A DNA stretch of 64,000 bases from Somniosus microcephalus (GCA_052327205.1 CM126204.1:292082001-292146000), one strand, 5' to 3'; counted from the stretch's first letter, positions 50,088 through 63,834 are shown. A program made the numbers and translations. The notes: generated from the sequence alone by a model not told the origin.

Positions 50088-53000
50088 ATGAAGGAAAAGC
50101 GCGGGAGGCGCCATTTTAATCCATTGGGGAAGAAGGAAAAGCGCGGGAGGCACCATTTTAATCCATTGGGGAAGAAGGAAAAGCGCGGGAGGCACGATTT
50201 TAAACCACCCAAGCTGCCGAAGAGTGGCAGCATCACTGCTTTCGACAACGAAATAGAAGACTGGACCACGTATGTGGAAAGAATTGAAGTGTACTGCAAG
50301 GCAAATGAGGTGGCCGATGAAAAGAAGGCGTCAGTATTATTGAATTTGATGGGCGCGAGAACGTACGGCCTATTGCGGAATTTAATTACCCCAGCTAAAC
50401 CAATGGAGAAAAGCTTTGAAGAGATTGTCAATATCTTACAGGAACATCTAAACCCTACACCGCTGCTGATAGCAGAAAGATTCAAGTTCCATAAAAGAAA
50501 CCAGCACAAAGACAAAAGTAATGCTGACTATCTTACGGAACTACGCAAGTTATCGAAACACTGCCAGTTCAGAGCAAGACTGGCAGATACCTTAAGGGAT
50601 AAGTTTGTCTGCGGGCTCCAGAGTGAAGGAACCCAGAAACGACTACTTTCGGAAAAGGACCTTACGCTAGAAAAGGCTTTCAGCGTCGCAGTATCCTACA
50701 AAGCAGCAGCACGGGGAGCTGTGGAAATACAACAGAAACCGCAAGAATATAGCACCAATGAAGTGGCATATGGAGCAGAAAAGTGCTATCGCTGCAGCAG
50801 AACAACCCATGACCAGAAGGATTGCTGGTTTAAGGACAAAGTATGCAGGCAATGTGGAAAAGTGGGACAGATAGCACGAGTCTGCAGGTCGGGAAAGAAA
50901 ACCAACATTAAAAGAACTACTAAGGAAAAGTACAAGAAAGTACAAAAGATGACGGACAGCAGTTCAGAAGATCAGCAGAGTGATAATGACTCCAGGAGCA
51001 GGAGACTAAGTTGTCTAAAGTTACACAACGTGATCGCAAAGGAGGATCACCGAACCATTTGGGTCACCCTCATGATAGCAGGGTCCCAAGTAAAGATGGA
51101 ATTGGACACAGGATCAACCCTAACAGTCATGAATCGACGAGACTACGAGCGGCTATTCTCACACATACCCTTGAAGGACACGTCCATTGTCTTGAAGACA
51201 TATACGGGGCAAAAAGTCTACCCCAGAGGAAAAATAAGGGTACCCGTTAAATACAACGGCAAGGAAACACAGAAATTGTATCTATATATACTACAAGATG
51301 GAGGACCACCATTATTGGGACGTGAATGGATCCGAAAAATACAATTGGATTGGCATTCCATTCAGGCGCTAACTGTGGCTGACAAAAAGGATGACGACGT
51401 CACACCTGGACGACTGTCAAAAATTCTAACTGACGCGAAAGAGGTGTTCCAGCAAGGACTTGGGACTCTAAAAGGCGTAATGGCAACGATAAAAATTGAA
51501 GATAATGCAAACCCAAAATTTTTTAAGGCCAGACCGGTACCGTATGCGATCCGCCCAGCTGTCAAAGCAGAGCTGGAGAGTCTGGAGCGTTCGGGTGTGC
51601 TGTCCAAGGTGGACTGGAGCGAGTGGGCCACACCCATCCTTCCTGTAATGAAGAAATCATTGAGCAGCACGCCTGGGGAGCCGAAGAATGTTCGCATCTG
51701 TGGGGACTTTAAGGTAACTGTGAACCCAGTCCTTCACACAGTACAATATCCACTTCCACGGATAGAAGATATTTTCGCCTCACTATCTGGAGGGAAACGC
51801 TTTACGAAGATTGATCTGGCCCAAGCATATCTACAAATGGAGGTAGAAGAAGCATCTAGAAAATTCCTCACGATAAACACTCACAAAGGTCGTTACCAAT
51901 ACAGCCGACTGGTATTCGGGGTAGCATCAGCTCCGGCTATTTGGCAGAGGGCAATGGAACAAGTCCTGCAAGGGATCCCGGGGACCCAGTGTTATTTGGA
52001 CGACATCCTGGTTACGGGCGAAAATGACAGTGAACACCTTGCCAACCTGGAGCAGGTGCTCACTAGATTACAAGAATATGGGCTACGAGCTAACCGCCCC
52101 AAATGTGAGTTTTTCAGGAAACAAATCTCGTATCGTGGCCACGTGATTGATGAAGAGGGGTTACATAAGTCCCCAGACAAGATTGAGGCAGTAGTCAAGG
52201 CTCCAGCACCGGAAAATGTGTCGCAACTGAGGTCGTTCCTCGGGTTGGTGAACTACTACCATAAGTTCTTGCCAAATTTGTCTACAATTCTGCACCCACT
52301 GAACGCCCTGCTGCAAACTGGAGTAGCATGGAAATGGAGTGATGAGTGTAAGCGTGCCTTTCAGAAATGTAAATGCCAATTCGGTTGGCATGTGATGCAT
52401 CTCCCTACGGCATCGGAGCGGTGCTGTCGCACAAATTCCTTGATGGTTCAGAGAGGCCAATAGCCTTTGCATCACGCTCGTTAACCTCAGCCGAGCGTAA
52501 CTATGCCCAGATTGACAGGGAGGCCCTGAGCCTGGTGTGGGGGGTGAAGAAGTTCAATCACTATCTGCACGGGCAGAAATTCACCTTACTGACTGATCAC
52601 CAGCCTCTTGTCTCCATTTTTAACCCAAAGAAGGGCGTTCCGGTGATGACGGCGCAACGGCTGCAAAGATGGTCCCTTTTTCTAGGGGCACATCAATACG
52701 AAATAGAGTATAAGGGCATGAAACAGCATGGAAATGCTGATGGGCTGTCGCGCCTGCCGCTGCCTACGGTGGAGGAAGCACCTGTAGTGGACCCTGTTGA
52801 GATATTCCATTCGACCATAGTTGAATGTCTACCTGTTACAAACTCAAGTATAGAGAAGGAAACCCGAAATGACCCGACACTCTCTCTGGTCTATGATTTG
52901 ACGGTGATGGGATGGCCAGCACATGGCGACTCACTGTTGCCAGCATTCTCGCCAAGGAGAGAACAGCTGTCAGTGTGCCGGGGGACCTTGATGTATGGAT

Positions 53001-54121
53001 CCTGAGTGGTAATTCCACCCAAGTTGAGAGACAGAATGCTCAATGAGCTTCGTGAGGGTCATCTGGGAGGGGTAAAAATGAAGAGCCTAGCCAGGGCGTT
53101 TGTGTGGTGGCCGGGAATCGATAAAGAAATCGAGGAAAGGACCAAGAGCTGCACAGGATGCCAGAAAGTCCAAAACGCTCCACCACAGGCCCCGCTACAC
53201 CCATGGGAGTGGCCCTCATCTCCATGGCAACGGGTACACATTGATTTTGCTGGTCCATTTATGGACTCAATGTTTTTAATCGCCGTGGATGCACATTCGA
53301 AATGGCCAGAGGTCATCAAAATGTCCTCCACCACCACGGAGAAAACTATTGCAGTCCTACGGACCATCTTCACCAGGAATGGCTTGCCAGAACAGATTTG
53401 CTCCGACAATGGACCACAGTTTGTGTCCGAGGATTTCCGGAGGTTTTTGAGGAATAATGGGGTAAAGCATTACACATCCGCCCCATATCATCCAGCCACA
53501 AATGGATTGGCTGAGAGGTTTGTTCAAACCTTTAAAAAAGCAATAAAGGCGATGTATAACGACAACATACCACTGCAACACAAGGTGGATAATTTCTTGT
53601 TTGCTTACCGGAATGCGACACATGTAGTCACCAACCAAGCTCCAGCCATGATGTTCTTTAACCGAAGGTTAAGATGTCACCTGGATTTGCTCAAACCAAA
53701 CATAAGACGAGATGTTGAGAATAAGCAATTCCAGCACATCAATGAGAAGCCAACCAGGAGCTTCAAGATAGGGCAACCAGTCTTGGCCCGCGACTACCGA
53801 ACAGAAAAATGGCAGCCAGGAATGATATGCACACGGCAGGGACCACTAATGTACACAGTGGACGTTGGAGAGAGCATCATGAGACGCCATGCTGACCAGA
53901 TTCTAGAGTCACAGGAACAAGTCAAACCCATGCCACGATCATATGCACCTGGTGATGAACCCGAAGTACAGATTGCGTCTACCTCAGAATCAGTGGTATT
54001 GGAAGCTGACGAACCAACCAATGACAATGAGCCAGAATCGACTCCGCCGCAAGAACAGGATACTCGAGAAAGGCGCTATCCAGACAGGATCAGGGAGCCT
54101 CCTCAAAGACTGAATTTATAA
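50088..54121 (+). pseudogene. gag-pol: gag-pol with a deletion/frameshift near 52370 and a stop at 53003
   Basis: ORFs 50088-52463, 52373-53005 and 53006-54121; LDTGS, YLDD, ACDAS and integrase motifs. Confidence 0.92.
50090..50205 (+). repeat. Three 42-bp tandem repeats upstream of gag
   Basis: GAAGGAAAAGCGCGGGAGGCGCCATTTTAATCCATTGGGGAA units. Confidence 0.9.
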
Positions 54122-54879
54122 ATGATTACTTTCAGCTGATGTATATAGTACAAAGAAAATTGTAATTGTAATTAGTTATTATTTAATTGTTAAATGAATG
54201 TTATGTACTGTTTATCTAAAAGGGGAGGAATTGTAATGTATGTACCTTTAAGAGAGGAACTATCTTTTACAGCCCCTGTATACTGCAGTACCAGTAGTGA
54301 CCACACCTGTATATAACACCATGTAGTAGTTTGTACAGTTAATTCCAGCATACCCTCTGTTCAGTAAACACCTGTTATTACCGTTCTCCTGCAGTCCATG
54401 TGTTATTTATACGCGGACGCTACAGGAGCCTCATTGATAGTGGGCACAGAACAAAAAATCCAGCCGTACAGGCATGCTAGAGCCTTAAGGTAAGGCTCCA
54501 CTCCACAGTGCATACCTGTGCTCATATAAAACGAATACTGTGGGAGTCCTGGAACCTAGTCTGTTCAAAAAGGCTTTATAAAAGGAGGTTGTTGTTTGTT
54601 ACTGTTGAAAGTGTTTTTCTTTGCATCTGAAAATACATTTTGCTGCATTTTCCTCCATATATTAGTTGGGTTTGCTGTGTAGCCTGCCATTTTTGCTCCC
54701 AGTACCTTCCTTCATTATTCTTGGTTGACGCTACTATTTAAATCACACCGTATAAAGCGGTGAGCATTGGAATTCCTTTGAAGATTCCAAAAATGATGCA
54801 TGGTTTAGATGATGAAGAAGATTTCATGAGGTGGTAACAGGTGCAATGACACTTGAGATGTTTTATCTGCACTGGTCAC

Positions 54880-55040
54880 TACTCTGGTACCTACATTTAT
54901 AGATCCTTCACTGTGTTCCCGGACATATCAGAGTAGACCTATCTTCACTGTCTGCTTCACAAGACAGTTTGTCACAAAGTTGATCCATGTGTTGCAGGAT
55001 GACCTGCAGGCAACTTCTGGAACATGGACAGCTCTTTCCA
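54880..55040 (+). pseudogene. Ancient Harbinger transposase N-terminal remnant
   Basis: IYRSFTVFPDISE...FTRQFVTKLIHVLQDDLQATSGTWTALS resembles VYRQQFSYLNTSE...FRREVVTEICHLLRRDLQPQLRSRTSLS. Confidence 0.55.
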
Positions 55041-55044
55041 TAAA

Positions 55045-55380
55045 TCTCTCAAGTAGCCATTCTTCGTGGCATGAGCCTAGTGAGTGTTGCCAGTTTACTT
55101 AACAATGGCAGCATTCATAGCCAAGCCTGATCTTGTACTCACCTGATGTCCACAATCACACACATTCCAGCAAAGATCAGCAGATAGTTATCAAGAGCAG
55201 AAAGCTTGGCAAATTCTCTTATTTCCCTTCCCTAGCCTGAGGGCACATTGTAATGTATTCGCTGCTACCGCAGCAGAGATCAGCTAACTCATCGCAGACC
55301 GGGGATCGAATTTGGGACCTTCCTGGTCTATATGGTGCAGTAGCCTACTGTGCAGTATATTTACCAGATGAGCCATGGGG
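55045..55380 (-). mobile_element. LF-SINE-like tRNA-derived SINE
   Basis: Minus strand TGGCTCATCTGGTAAA...AGACCAGGAAGGTCCCAAATTCGATCCCCGGTCTGCGATGAGTTAGCTGATCTC...GGCTAGGGAAGGGAAA...GAAGAATGGCTACTTG; recognised from memory of the LF-SINE consensus. Confidence 0.7.
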
Positions 55381-56222
55381 TGGAGAGGAAAGGGAGTACA
55401 ATGAATTTTTAAATGTATTTTTTTCCCCCTCTCCCCAGTTGGATTTCTATTCACAGAGTGTTATCCATGTGTTAATAGTTATTTTACCCTATGCCATCAC
55501 AGCCATAGCGCATTTGCCAGGAAACAACAGTGAGGCAGAGGCCCGTTGCTTCTCCAGAGAAAGAAAGGCTGAATTGGAGGCCTATTCCCAATGAATTTCT
55601 CTGACCCACCTCCTAATGAAAAGTTTCAGAGCAGCATTGGCAGAGCTCTGGGAACATTTTTTGAGGTGATATGGAAGGATTTAGCCTTTATATGCAGGAT
55701 CATGGTATAACAGAATTTCCCATTCACTACAGATCAGTGAAAAATTCCACCCACTTAGCTTAAAATGTTTCGACTCTCTTTTGCACAACTATTATAGCAA
55801 ATGATATTGAACAGTTCACAAGTTTGAATTTCTCATCACCATTTGAAATGAAGCTGTGTATTGTCAATGTAATTTGATGTATTTGTCATTTATAGTGCTG
55901 TATATTTAAATGTTATCACAGTTCTAAAAAGTCAAACTGGAGCTTTGCTCAGTTTATGTATAGATGGTAGTCCTGACTGAGGGTTCTCAGATTTTATTCA
56001 CACCTTTCAGTTTGAGCTTTTATGATTGCATACCAAAAACAGCTTGAACTAGTATCTCAGCCCACATTAGGTAAGTATGATTAATTGCAGTCAGAGATTG
56101 AGAAAATGTGAAGATCTGCCAGCGAATGAATTTGCAATTTACACAAAGAAAATGCATGTGACAGGACGAATATTCTGTGTGGTATAGGAATACAATATAC
56201 CCAATTCTGCCTACAATATATA

Positions 56223-56586
56223 GGGGGAGAAATTCAGTATCGCTCAGTTTGGGGCGCAATTATCAGCCGGGCGCAAAGATTAGCGCCTGGCGCTAATTAT
56301 TGCTTCCGACTGCAAACTTGGCTTTTATTGCCCCTGGAGGTGATTGGAGCGCTAAATCAGGCTCTACATACCTGTCAAGGCGCAAAGGCCGAGGAGTGAG
56401 GCGCTACCTCAGAACACTGGCGAAGCTCATGTGATGTCAGTTAGCAATGGAACACAGACACAATGGCACCGGCCAGTTCTTAAAGGGGAAGGTTGATCTT
56501 GCTCTCCATCCACATCCTGCTCATTGCAGCCTTGAATCTCGGCCTGGAGAGACCTGTACATCAAATCTGCTGGAAAGAACAATGGA
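56223..56586. mobile_element. Left part of a Harbinger derivative, copy of 13139-13505
   Basis: Near-identical to the first ~365 bp of 13139-14016; stops abruptly at the CR1 junction. Confidence 0.88.
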
Positions 56587-59500
56587 GGGCATTCTGGAGA
56601 GGGAAGGTGAACAACCAGTCGTGGTGAATATAGGTACGAACGATATAGGTAAAAAACAGGATGAGGTCCTAAAAGCTGAATATAGGGAGTTAGGAGGTAA
56701 AATAAAAAATAGGAACTCAAAGGTAGTAATCTCAGGATTGCTACCAGTGCCACGTGCTAGTCAGAGTAGAAATAGAAGGATATTTCAGATGAATACGTGG
56801 CTAGAGGAACGGTGCAAGGGGGAGGGATTCAAATTCCTGGGAAATTGGAACCATTTCTGGGGGATGTGGGACCAGTATAAACTGAATGGTTTGCACCTGG
56901 GCGGGACTGGGACTGATGTCCTAAGGGGAGTGTTTGCTAGTGCTGTTGGGGAGGGTTTAAACTAAAATGGCAGGGGGTTGGGAACCTGTGCAGGGAGACA
57001 GAGGAAAGGGAAGCAAGGATAGAAACAAAAGACAGGAAGGAGAAAAGCAAAAGTGGAAGGCAGAGAAATCAAGGGTGTAAATCAAACAGGGCTACAGTAA
57101 ATAATAATTCTAAAAGGCCTAAGAGTGTTAAAAAAACAAGCCTGAACGCTTTGTGTCTTAATGCGAGGAGCATTCGTAATAAGGTGGATGAATTAGCTGC
57201 ACAAATAGATGTAAACAGATATGATGTAATTGGAATTATGGAGACATGGCTTCAGGGTGACCCAGGCTGGGAATTCAACATCCAGGGTTATTCAATATTC
57301 AGGAAGGACAGGCAAAAAGGAAAAGGTGGTGCGGTAGCATTGCTGCTTAAAGAGGAGATTAACACAATAGTAAGGAAGGATATTAGCTCTGATGATGTGG
57401 AATCTGTATGGGTAGAGCTGAGAAATACCAAGGGGCAGAAAACATTAGTGGGAGTTGTATACAGACCCCAAACAGTAATGCTGAGGTTGGGGATGGCATT
57501 AAATGGGAAATTAGAGGCGCGTGCAATAAGGGCACCGCAGTTATCATGGGTGACTTTAATCTACATATAGATTGGGCTAACCAAATTAGTAACAATACTG
57601 TGGAGGAGAAATTCCTAGAGTGTATATGGGATGGTTTCCTGGACCAATATATTGAGGAACCAACTAGAGATCAGGCCATCTTAGACTGGGTATTATGTAA
57701 TGAGAAAGGATTAATTAGCAATCTTGTTGTGCGAGGCCCCTTGGGGAGGAGCGATCATAATATGATAGAATTCTTCATTAAGATGGAGAGTGAAGTAGTT
57801 GACTCAGAGACCAGGGTCCTGAATTTAAATAAAGGAAACTACGATAGTATGTGGCGCGAGTTGGCTTGGATGGATTGGGGATCGTTACTTAAAGGGTTGA
57901 CGGTGGATAGGCAATGGCAAACATTTAAAGATCGCATGGATGAACTACAGAATTTGTTCATCCCTGTTTGGCATAAAAATAAAACAAAAAAGGTGACTCA
58001 ACCTAGGCTAACAAGGGAAATTAGGGATAGCATAAGATCCAAGGAAAGGACATATAAATTGGCCAGAAAAAGCAGCAGACCTGAGGGTTGGGAACAGTTT
58101 AGGATTCAGCAAAGGAGGACAAAGGGATTAATTAAGAGGGGGAAAATAGAATATGAGAGTAAGCTTGCAGGGAACATAAAAACTAACTGTAAAAGCTTCT
58201 ATAGCTATGTGAAGAGAAAAAGGTTGGTGAAGTCAAGCGTAGGTCTCTTGCAGTCAGAATCAGGGGAATTTATAATGGGGAACAAAGACATGGCTGACCA
58301 ATTCAATACATACTTTGGTTCTGTCTTCACAAAGGAGGACACAGATAACCTTCCAGAGATGTCAGGGAACATAGGGTCTAATGAGAGGGAGGAATTGAAT
58401 GAAATCAGTATTTGTAGGGAAATGGTGTTAGGGAAATTGACGGCATTGAAGACCGATAAATCCCCAGGGCCTGATAATCTACATCCTGGGGTACTTAAGG
58501 AAGTGGCCCTAGAAATAGTAGATGCATTGCTGGTCATCTTCCAAAATTCTATAGACTCTTGAATAGTTCCCATGGATTGGAGGGTAGCTAATGTAACCCC
58601 ACTATTCAAAAAAGGTGGTAGAGAGAAACTGGGGAATTATAGACCGGTAAGCCTGACATCAGTAGTGGAGAAAATGCTGGAGTCCATTATAAAAGATGTC
58701 ATAGCAGAGCACTTGGAAAACAGTGACAGGATCAGACAAAGTCAACATGAATTTACAAAAGGTAAATCATGCTTGACTAACCTACTGGAATTTTTTGAGG
58801 ATGTAACTGATAGATTAGATAAGGGAGAACCAGTGGATGTGGTGTATTTGGACTTTCAGAAGGCTTTCGATAAGGTCCCCTTAAGAGATTGGCGTGCAAA
58901 GTTAAAGCACATGGGATTGGGGTAAGGTACTGACTTGGATAGAGAACTGGTTGGCAGACAGGAAGCAAAGAGTTGGAATAAACGGGTCTTTTTCCGAGTG
59001 GCAGACAGTGACTAGTGGGGTACCGCAGGGATCGGTGCTAGGACCCCAGCTAATCACAATATATTAATAATCTAGACGAGGGAACTAGATGTAATATCTC
59101 CAAGTTTGCAGATGACACAAAGTTGGGTGGGCGTGTATGCTGTGAGGAGGATGCCGAGAAACTCCAGTATGATTTGGACAGGTTGGGTGATTGGGCAGAT
59201 GCAGTATAATGTGGATAAATGCGAGGTTATCCACTTTGGTGGCAAAAACAGGAAGACAGGTTATTATCTGAACAGCAATAGATTGGGAAAAGGGGAAGTG
59301 CAATGAGACCTGGGTGTCCTTGTGCACCAGTCGCTGAAGGCAAGCATGCAGGTGCAGCAGGCAGTTAAGAGGGCAAATGGTATGTTGGCTTTCATAGCGA
59401 GAGGATTCGAGTACAGGAGCAAGGATGTCTTGCTGCAGTTGTACAGGGCCTTGGTGAGACCACACCTTGAGTATTGTGTGCAGTTTTGGTCACCTTATCT

Positions 59501-59727
59501 GAGGAAGAATGTTCTTGCCATGGAGGGAGTGCAGCGAAGATTCACCAGACTGATATCTGGGATGGCAGGAATGACGTATGAAGAGAGATTGGGTCGATTA
59601 GGCTTATATTCGCTAGAGTTTAGAAGAATGAGAGGGGATCTCATTGAAACTTATAAAATTCTAATAGGACTAGACAGACTAGATACAGGAAGGATGTTCC
59701 CGATGGCGGGGAGTCCAGAACCAGGGG
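56587..59727 (+). mobile_element. CR1 LINE: ORF1 SGNH/esterase part plus decayed ORF2 (APE-RT)
   Basis: VVVNIGTNDIG...NGLHL esterase motifs; LNARSIRNK, ETWL, GDFN and SDH endonuclease motifs; NYRPVSLTS and [11 protein letters not shown] motifs. Confidence 0.92.
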
Positions 59728-59774
59728 TGCAACGGTTCAAAAAAGAAGGCCCACCACCATCTTCTTAGGGAAAC

Positions 59775-60025
59775 GGTAGCAAATTTGATTCCATTCTGTA
59801 CTGAGTTTTCTGATCTCAATTGGAGCACCAGTCTGCTGGTGATGAAAGGGAAAAATCATTCAAGGTTCCCTGATTGCTATCCAGTGACATCTTTTGGAAA
59901 GTGTGCATGTTTGTAGGCATTAGATTAGGGCAGAATTCAGCTGTGCTGTGATGCTTCCTACAATGCAGTAGCTTGCCAACAATCACTGTTGAGCATTTGA
60001 ATGAGCTGCCAGTGGGCTGCTGGCT
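59775..60025 (+). mobile_element. Decayed LF-SINE-like copy
   Basis: CTGTACTGAGTTTTCTGATCTC...GGGAAAAATCA...GCTATCCAGTGAC...GGAAAGTGTGC. Confidence 0.55.
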
Positions 60026-60667
60026 ATTCTCTATTAGTTCTATAAAAGTTGCATCACTTATATCAAAACTAAGCTTTTCCAAAAGTGATATGTTCAACAC
60101 AGTCAATACTTTGCTTAGGATGTCTGAAACAAGGCATGTGATTTGCTTCTGAACCAGTTTTTCATGGCATATTATCTGCCCGTCTCAGCAGTGCTGTTTC
60201 TGTTGATTCACTCCTTTCATCACAAATTGGACAAAGCTGAAGTGCTGCATTACGCAGTTATGCTTCTGATTACATATGTGTTTCAACACTTTCATTAATT
60301 ATGAAAAATAGACTGATAGGTTATGATTGGCACCACTTTCAGGAACAATATAAAAGGGAACTAAACTGGAAAATAGTTCAACGTCTTTGTCCCTTCTGCT
60401 GTTAAAATAATTACACACTTTTTGTGGAGTTTGCAGTTAAGATTAACCTTAGTTTGACTGCATGTAACTCATTGTTTGATGCTTTACTATTAATTATGTA
60501 CAGACTATGCTTTAGATGCCTTACTGTAGCCGAGGACGCCCACTGTTCTGTTATTATATTGAAATATAGATAAGTGATTTGGCTGCAAGAGATTAATTTC
60601 ATTCTGCATATCAAAATTGCAAAACATATTTGTTTACACATATAATGCAATCCTCTCAGTCTTAGAT

Positions 60668-62478
60668 ATATGAAGAGAAAAAGATTGGTGAAGTCAAGTG
60701 TAGGTCCCTTGCAGTCAGAATCAGGGGAATTTATAATGGGGAACAAAGAACTGAGAGACCAATTAAATACATACTTTGGTTCTGTCTTCACAAAGGAGGA
60801 CACAAATAACCTCCTAGAGATGTCGGGGAACATAGGGTCTAATGAGAGGGAGGAACTGAATGAAATCAGTATTTGTAGGGAAATGGTGTTAGGGAAATTG
60901 ACGGGATTGAAGGCCGATAAATCCCCAGGGCCTGATAATCTACATCCTAGGGTACTTAAGGAAGTGGCCCTAGAAATAGTAGATGCATTGCTGGTCATCT
61001 TCCAAAATTCTACAGAGTCTGGAATAGTTCCCATGGATTGGAGGGTAGCTAATGTTACCCCACTATTCAAAAAAGGTGGTAGAGAGAAAATGGGGAATTA
61101 TAGACCGGTAAGCCTGACATCAGTAGTGGGGAAAATGCTAGAGTCCATTATAAAAGATGTAATAGCAGAGCACTTGGAAAACAGTGACAGGATCAGACAA
61201 AGTCAACATGGATTTACAAAAGGTAAATCATGCTTGACTAATCTACTGGAATTTTTTGAGGATGTAACTGGTAGAATAGATAAGGGAGAACCAGTGGATG
61301 TGGTGTATTTGGACTTTCAGAAGGCTTTCGATAAGGTCCCGCATAAGAGATTAGCGTGTAAAGTAAAGGCACATGGGATTGTGGGCAAGGTACTGACTTG
61401 GATAGAGAACTGGTTGGCAGACAGGAAGCAAAGCGTTGGAATAAATGGATCTTTTTCTGAGAGGCAGGCAGTGACTAGTGGGGTACCGCAGGGATCGGTC
61501 CTAGGACCCCAGCTATTCACAATATATATTAATGATCTAGACGAGGGAACTAGATGTAATATCTCCAAGTTTGCAGACGACACAAAGCTGGGTGGGCGGG
61601 TGTGCTGTGAGGATGCTGAGAAACTCCAGTATGATTTGGACAGGTTGGGTGATTGGGCAGATGCAGTCTAATGTGGATAAATGCGAGGTTATCCACTTTG
61701 GTGTCAAAAACAGGAAGGCAGATTATTATCTGAATGGCAATAGATTGGGAGAAGGGGAAGTGCAATGAGACCTGGGTGTCCTTGTGCACCAGTCGCTGAA
61801 GGTAAGCATGCAGGTGCAGCAGGCGGTTAAGAAGGCAAATGGTATGTTGGCCTTCGTAGTGAGAGGGTTTGAGTACAAGAACAAGGATATCTTGCTGCAG
61901 TTGTACAGGGCCTTGGTGAGACCACACCTTGAGTATTTTATGCAGTTTTGGTCGCCTTATCTGAGGAAGGATGTTCTTGCCATGGAGGGAGTGCAGCAAA
62001 GATTCACCAGACTGATACCTGGGACGTATGAGGAGAGATTGGGTCGATTGGGCTTATACTCGCTGGAGTTTAGAAGAATGAGAGGGGATCTCATTGAAAC
62101 TTATAAAATTCTAACAGGACTAGACAGACTAGATGCAGAAAGGATGTTCCCGATGGCGGGGGAGTCCAGAACCAGGGGTCACAGTTTAAGGATAAGGGGC
62201 AAGCCATTTAGGACAGAGATGAGGAGGAATTTCTTCACCCAGAGAGTGGTGAACCTGTGGAATTCTCTACCACAGAAGGCAGTTGAGGCCAATTCATTAA
62301 ATATATTCAAGAAGGAGTTAGATATATTTCTTAAGGCTAAAGGGATCAAGGGATATGGGGAGAAGGCAGGGACAGGGTACTGAGTTTGGATGATCAGCCA
62401 TGATCTCATTGAATGGCGGAGTAGGCTCAAGGGGCCGAATGGCCTACTCCTGCTCCTATCTTCTATGTTTCTATGTTA
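60668..62478 (+). mobile_element. CR1 LINE, 5'-truncated, with RT and an intact 3' tail
   Basis: [10 protein letters not shown] and KFADD; 3' UTR ending in (TTCTATGT)n; very similar to 58206-59727. Confidence 0.93.
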
Positions 62479-63514
62479 AGTTCTTTACTATTTAAATGTC
62501 TGAAAAATTGTGCTTTGAAGCCCAATTTTTTGTAACCATTCAATTGCAGCTTTTTGTAATGTATTTCTAGGCCCAAAATTAGCAATTTGATGAATTACGT
62601 ATTGTGACACAGTAACGCACCACTGGTCCATAGATGGCAGTTAAGAGAGCAATAAATGAGAAAAAGCCATTTTACTCATTAAGCTCGTTTCTTCCATAAA
62701 TATGTACAATCCATTTTATCATGAGCTTCACCCATGCTTTTAACCACTGAAGCACCACTGAGAGGTTTACTCGTGGATGCTGGCAGGTTATTGGGCCACT
62801 GACATGGATGTATACTGTGCACAGTTCTTTTCCTAGTCCTGAAAAATATGTCAAATATCAATCACATCTATGATGCAATCTCATAAATCTTAGCCATTTA
62901 AATAACTAAAAATTGTCTTTTGAAGCTCTTTGATATGATTTTTGTAAGAGAGCTTGATCTTCAAAATGGATAATGGGCGCGGGGAGGCAGAAGAAAGCAG
63001 GCCACTGAAAATTTTAAAGTTAGAATCATAAGGAAAGGATTAGAATAGATAGAATAGAGTATAGTGGAGCCTGCATTATCCACCTTTCTGATTAGCCATC
63101 AGTTGCATGTGCTAAAAACAAACATCAGCCTGTAATTTGCAGTCAGCGGCGAAGCAAAGGCGTTCGCCACTGGCCCTGAAGAAACTTCCCACAAAGATCT
63201 TGCGATCTCTGTGGCGAGAAGCTCGGCTTTTCCGATGTTCAACTGAGATCAGTGTAGTATAGTGAGAATTCCATAGCGCAAGCTGCTGTGACATCAGCAA
63301 ACTGTCTAAGCAGCCAATGACAATGCAAAATTCTCACAGACAGGGAACCAGGAATGAACTTGTTTAGCAGTCAATACGCTGTTAAAACCCCAGGTACACC
63401 TAATCCAACAAGGTCTAACTTTTAATGGGGTATTTAACAGTGATATTACTGCAGAAAAGCCAAAATTTTCATCAGTTTCACTGATTTTCCTGATTACACT
63501 GATTGCCGGCTATG

Positions 63515-63830
63515 GGAAACATAGGAACAGGAGTAGACCATTCAGCCCCTCTAGCTCGTTCCGCCATTCAATGAAATCATGGCTGATCTGTGACCTAACT
63601 CCATATACCTGCCTTTGGCCCATATCCCTTAATACCTTTGGTTAACAAAAATCTATCAATCTCATATTTAAAATTAACAGTTGGTCTAGCATCAATTGCC
63701 GTTTGCGAAATAGAGTTCCAAACTTCTGCCACCCTTTGTGTGTAGAAGTGTTTTCTAATTTCACTCCTGAAAGGTCTAGCTCCTATTTTTAGACTATGCC
63801 CCCCTAGACCTAGACTCCCCAACCAGCGGG
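63515..63830 (-). mobile_element. CR1-type LINE 3' fragment
   Basis: GHSLKIGARPFRSEIRKHFYTQRV..VWNS plus CR1 3' UTR. Confidence 0.82.
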
Positions 63831-63834
63831 AAAA

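Larger units (their letters stand above)
49364..54424 (+). mobile_element. Ty3/Gypsy LTR retrotransposon, sister of 29885-37504
   Basis: 193-bp LTRs at 49364-49556 and 54232-54424, TSD GGAGC, PBS TGGCGACGAGCA at 49558, PPT AAAAGGGGAGGAA. Confidence 0.95.

Noticed and set aside
59950-60410. Long, nearly open minus-strand frame suggesting an exon or viral fragment
   Set aside because: It is interrupted by stops, has no recognisable motif and partly overlaps a SINE
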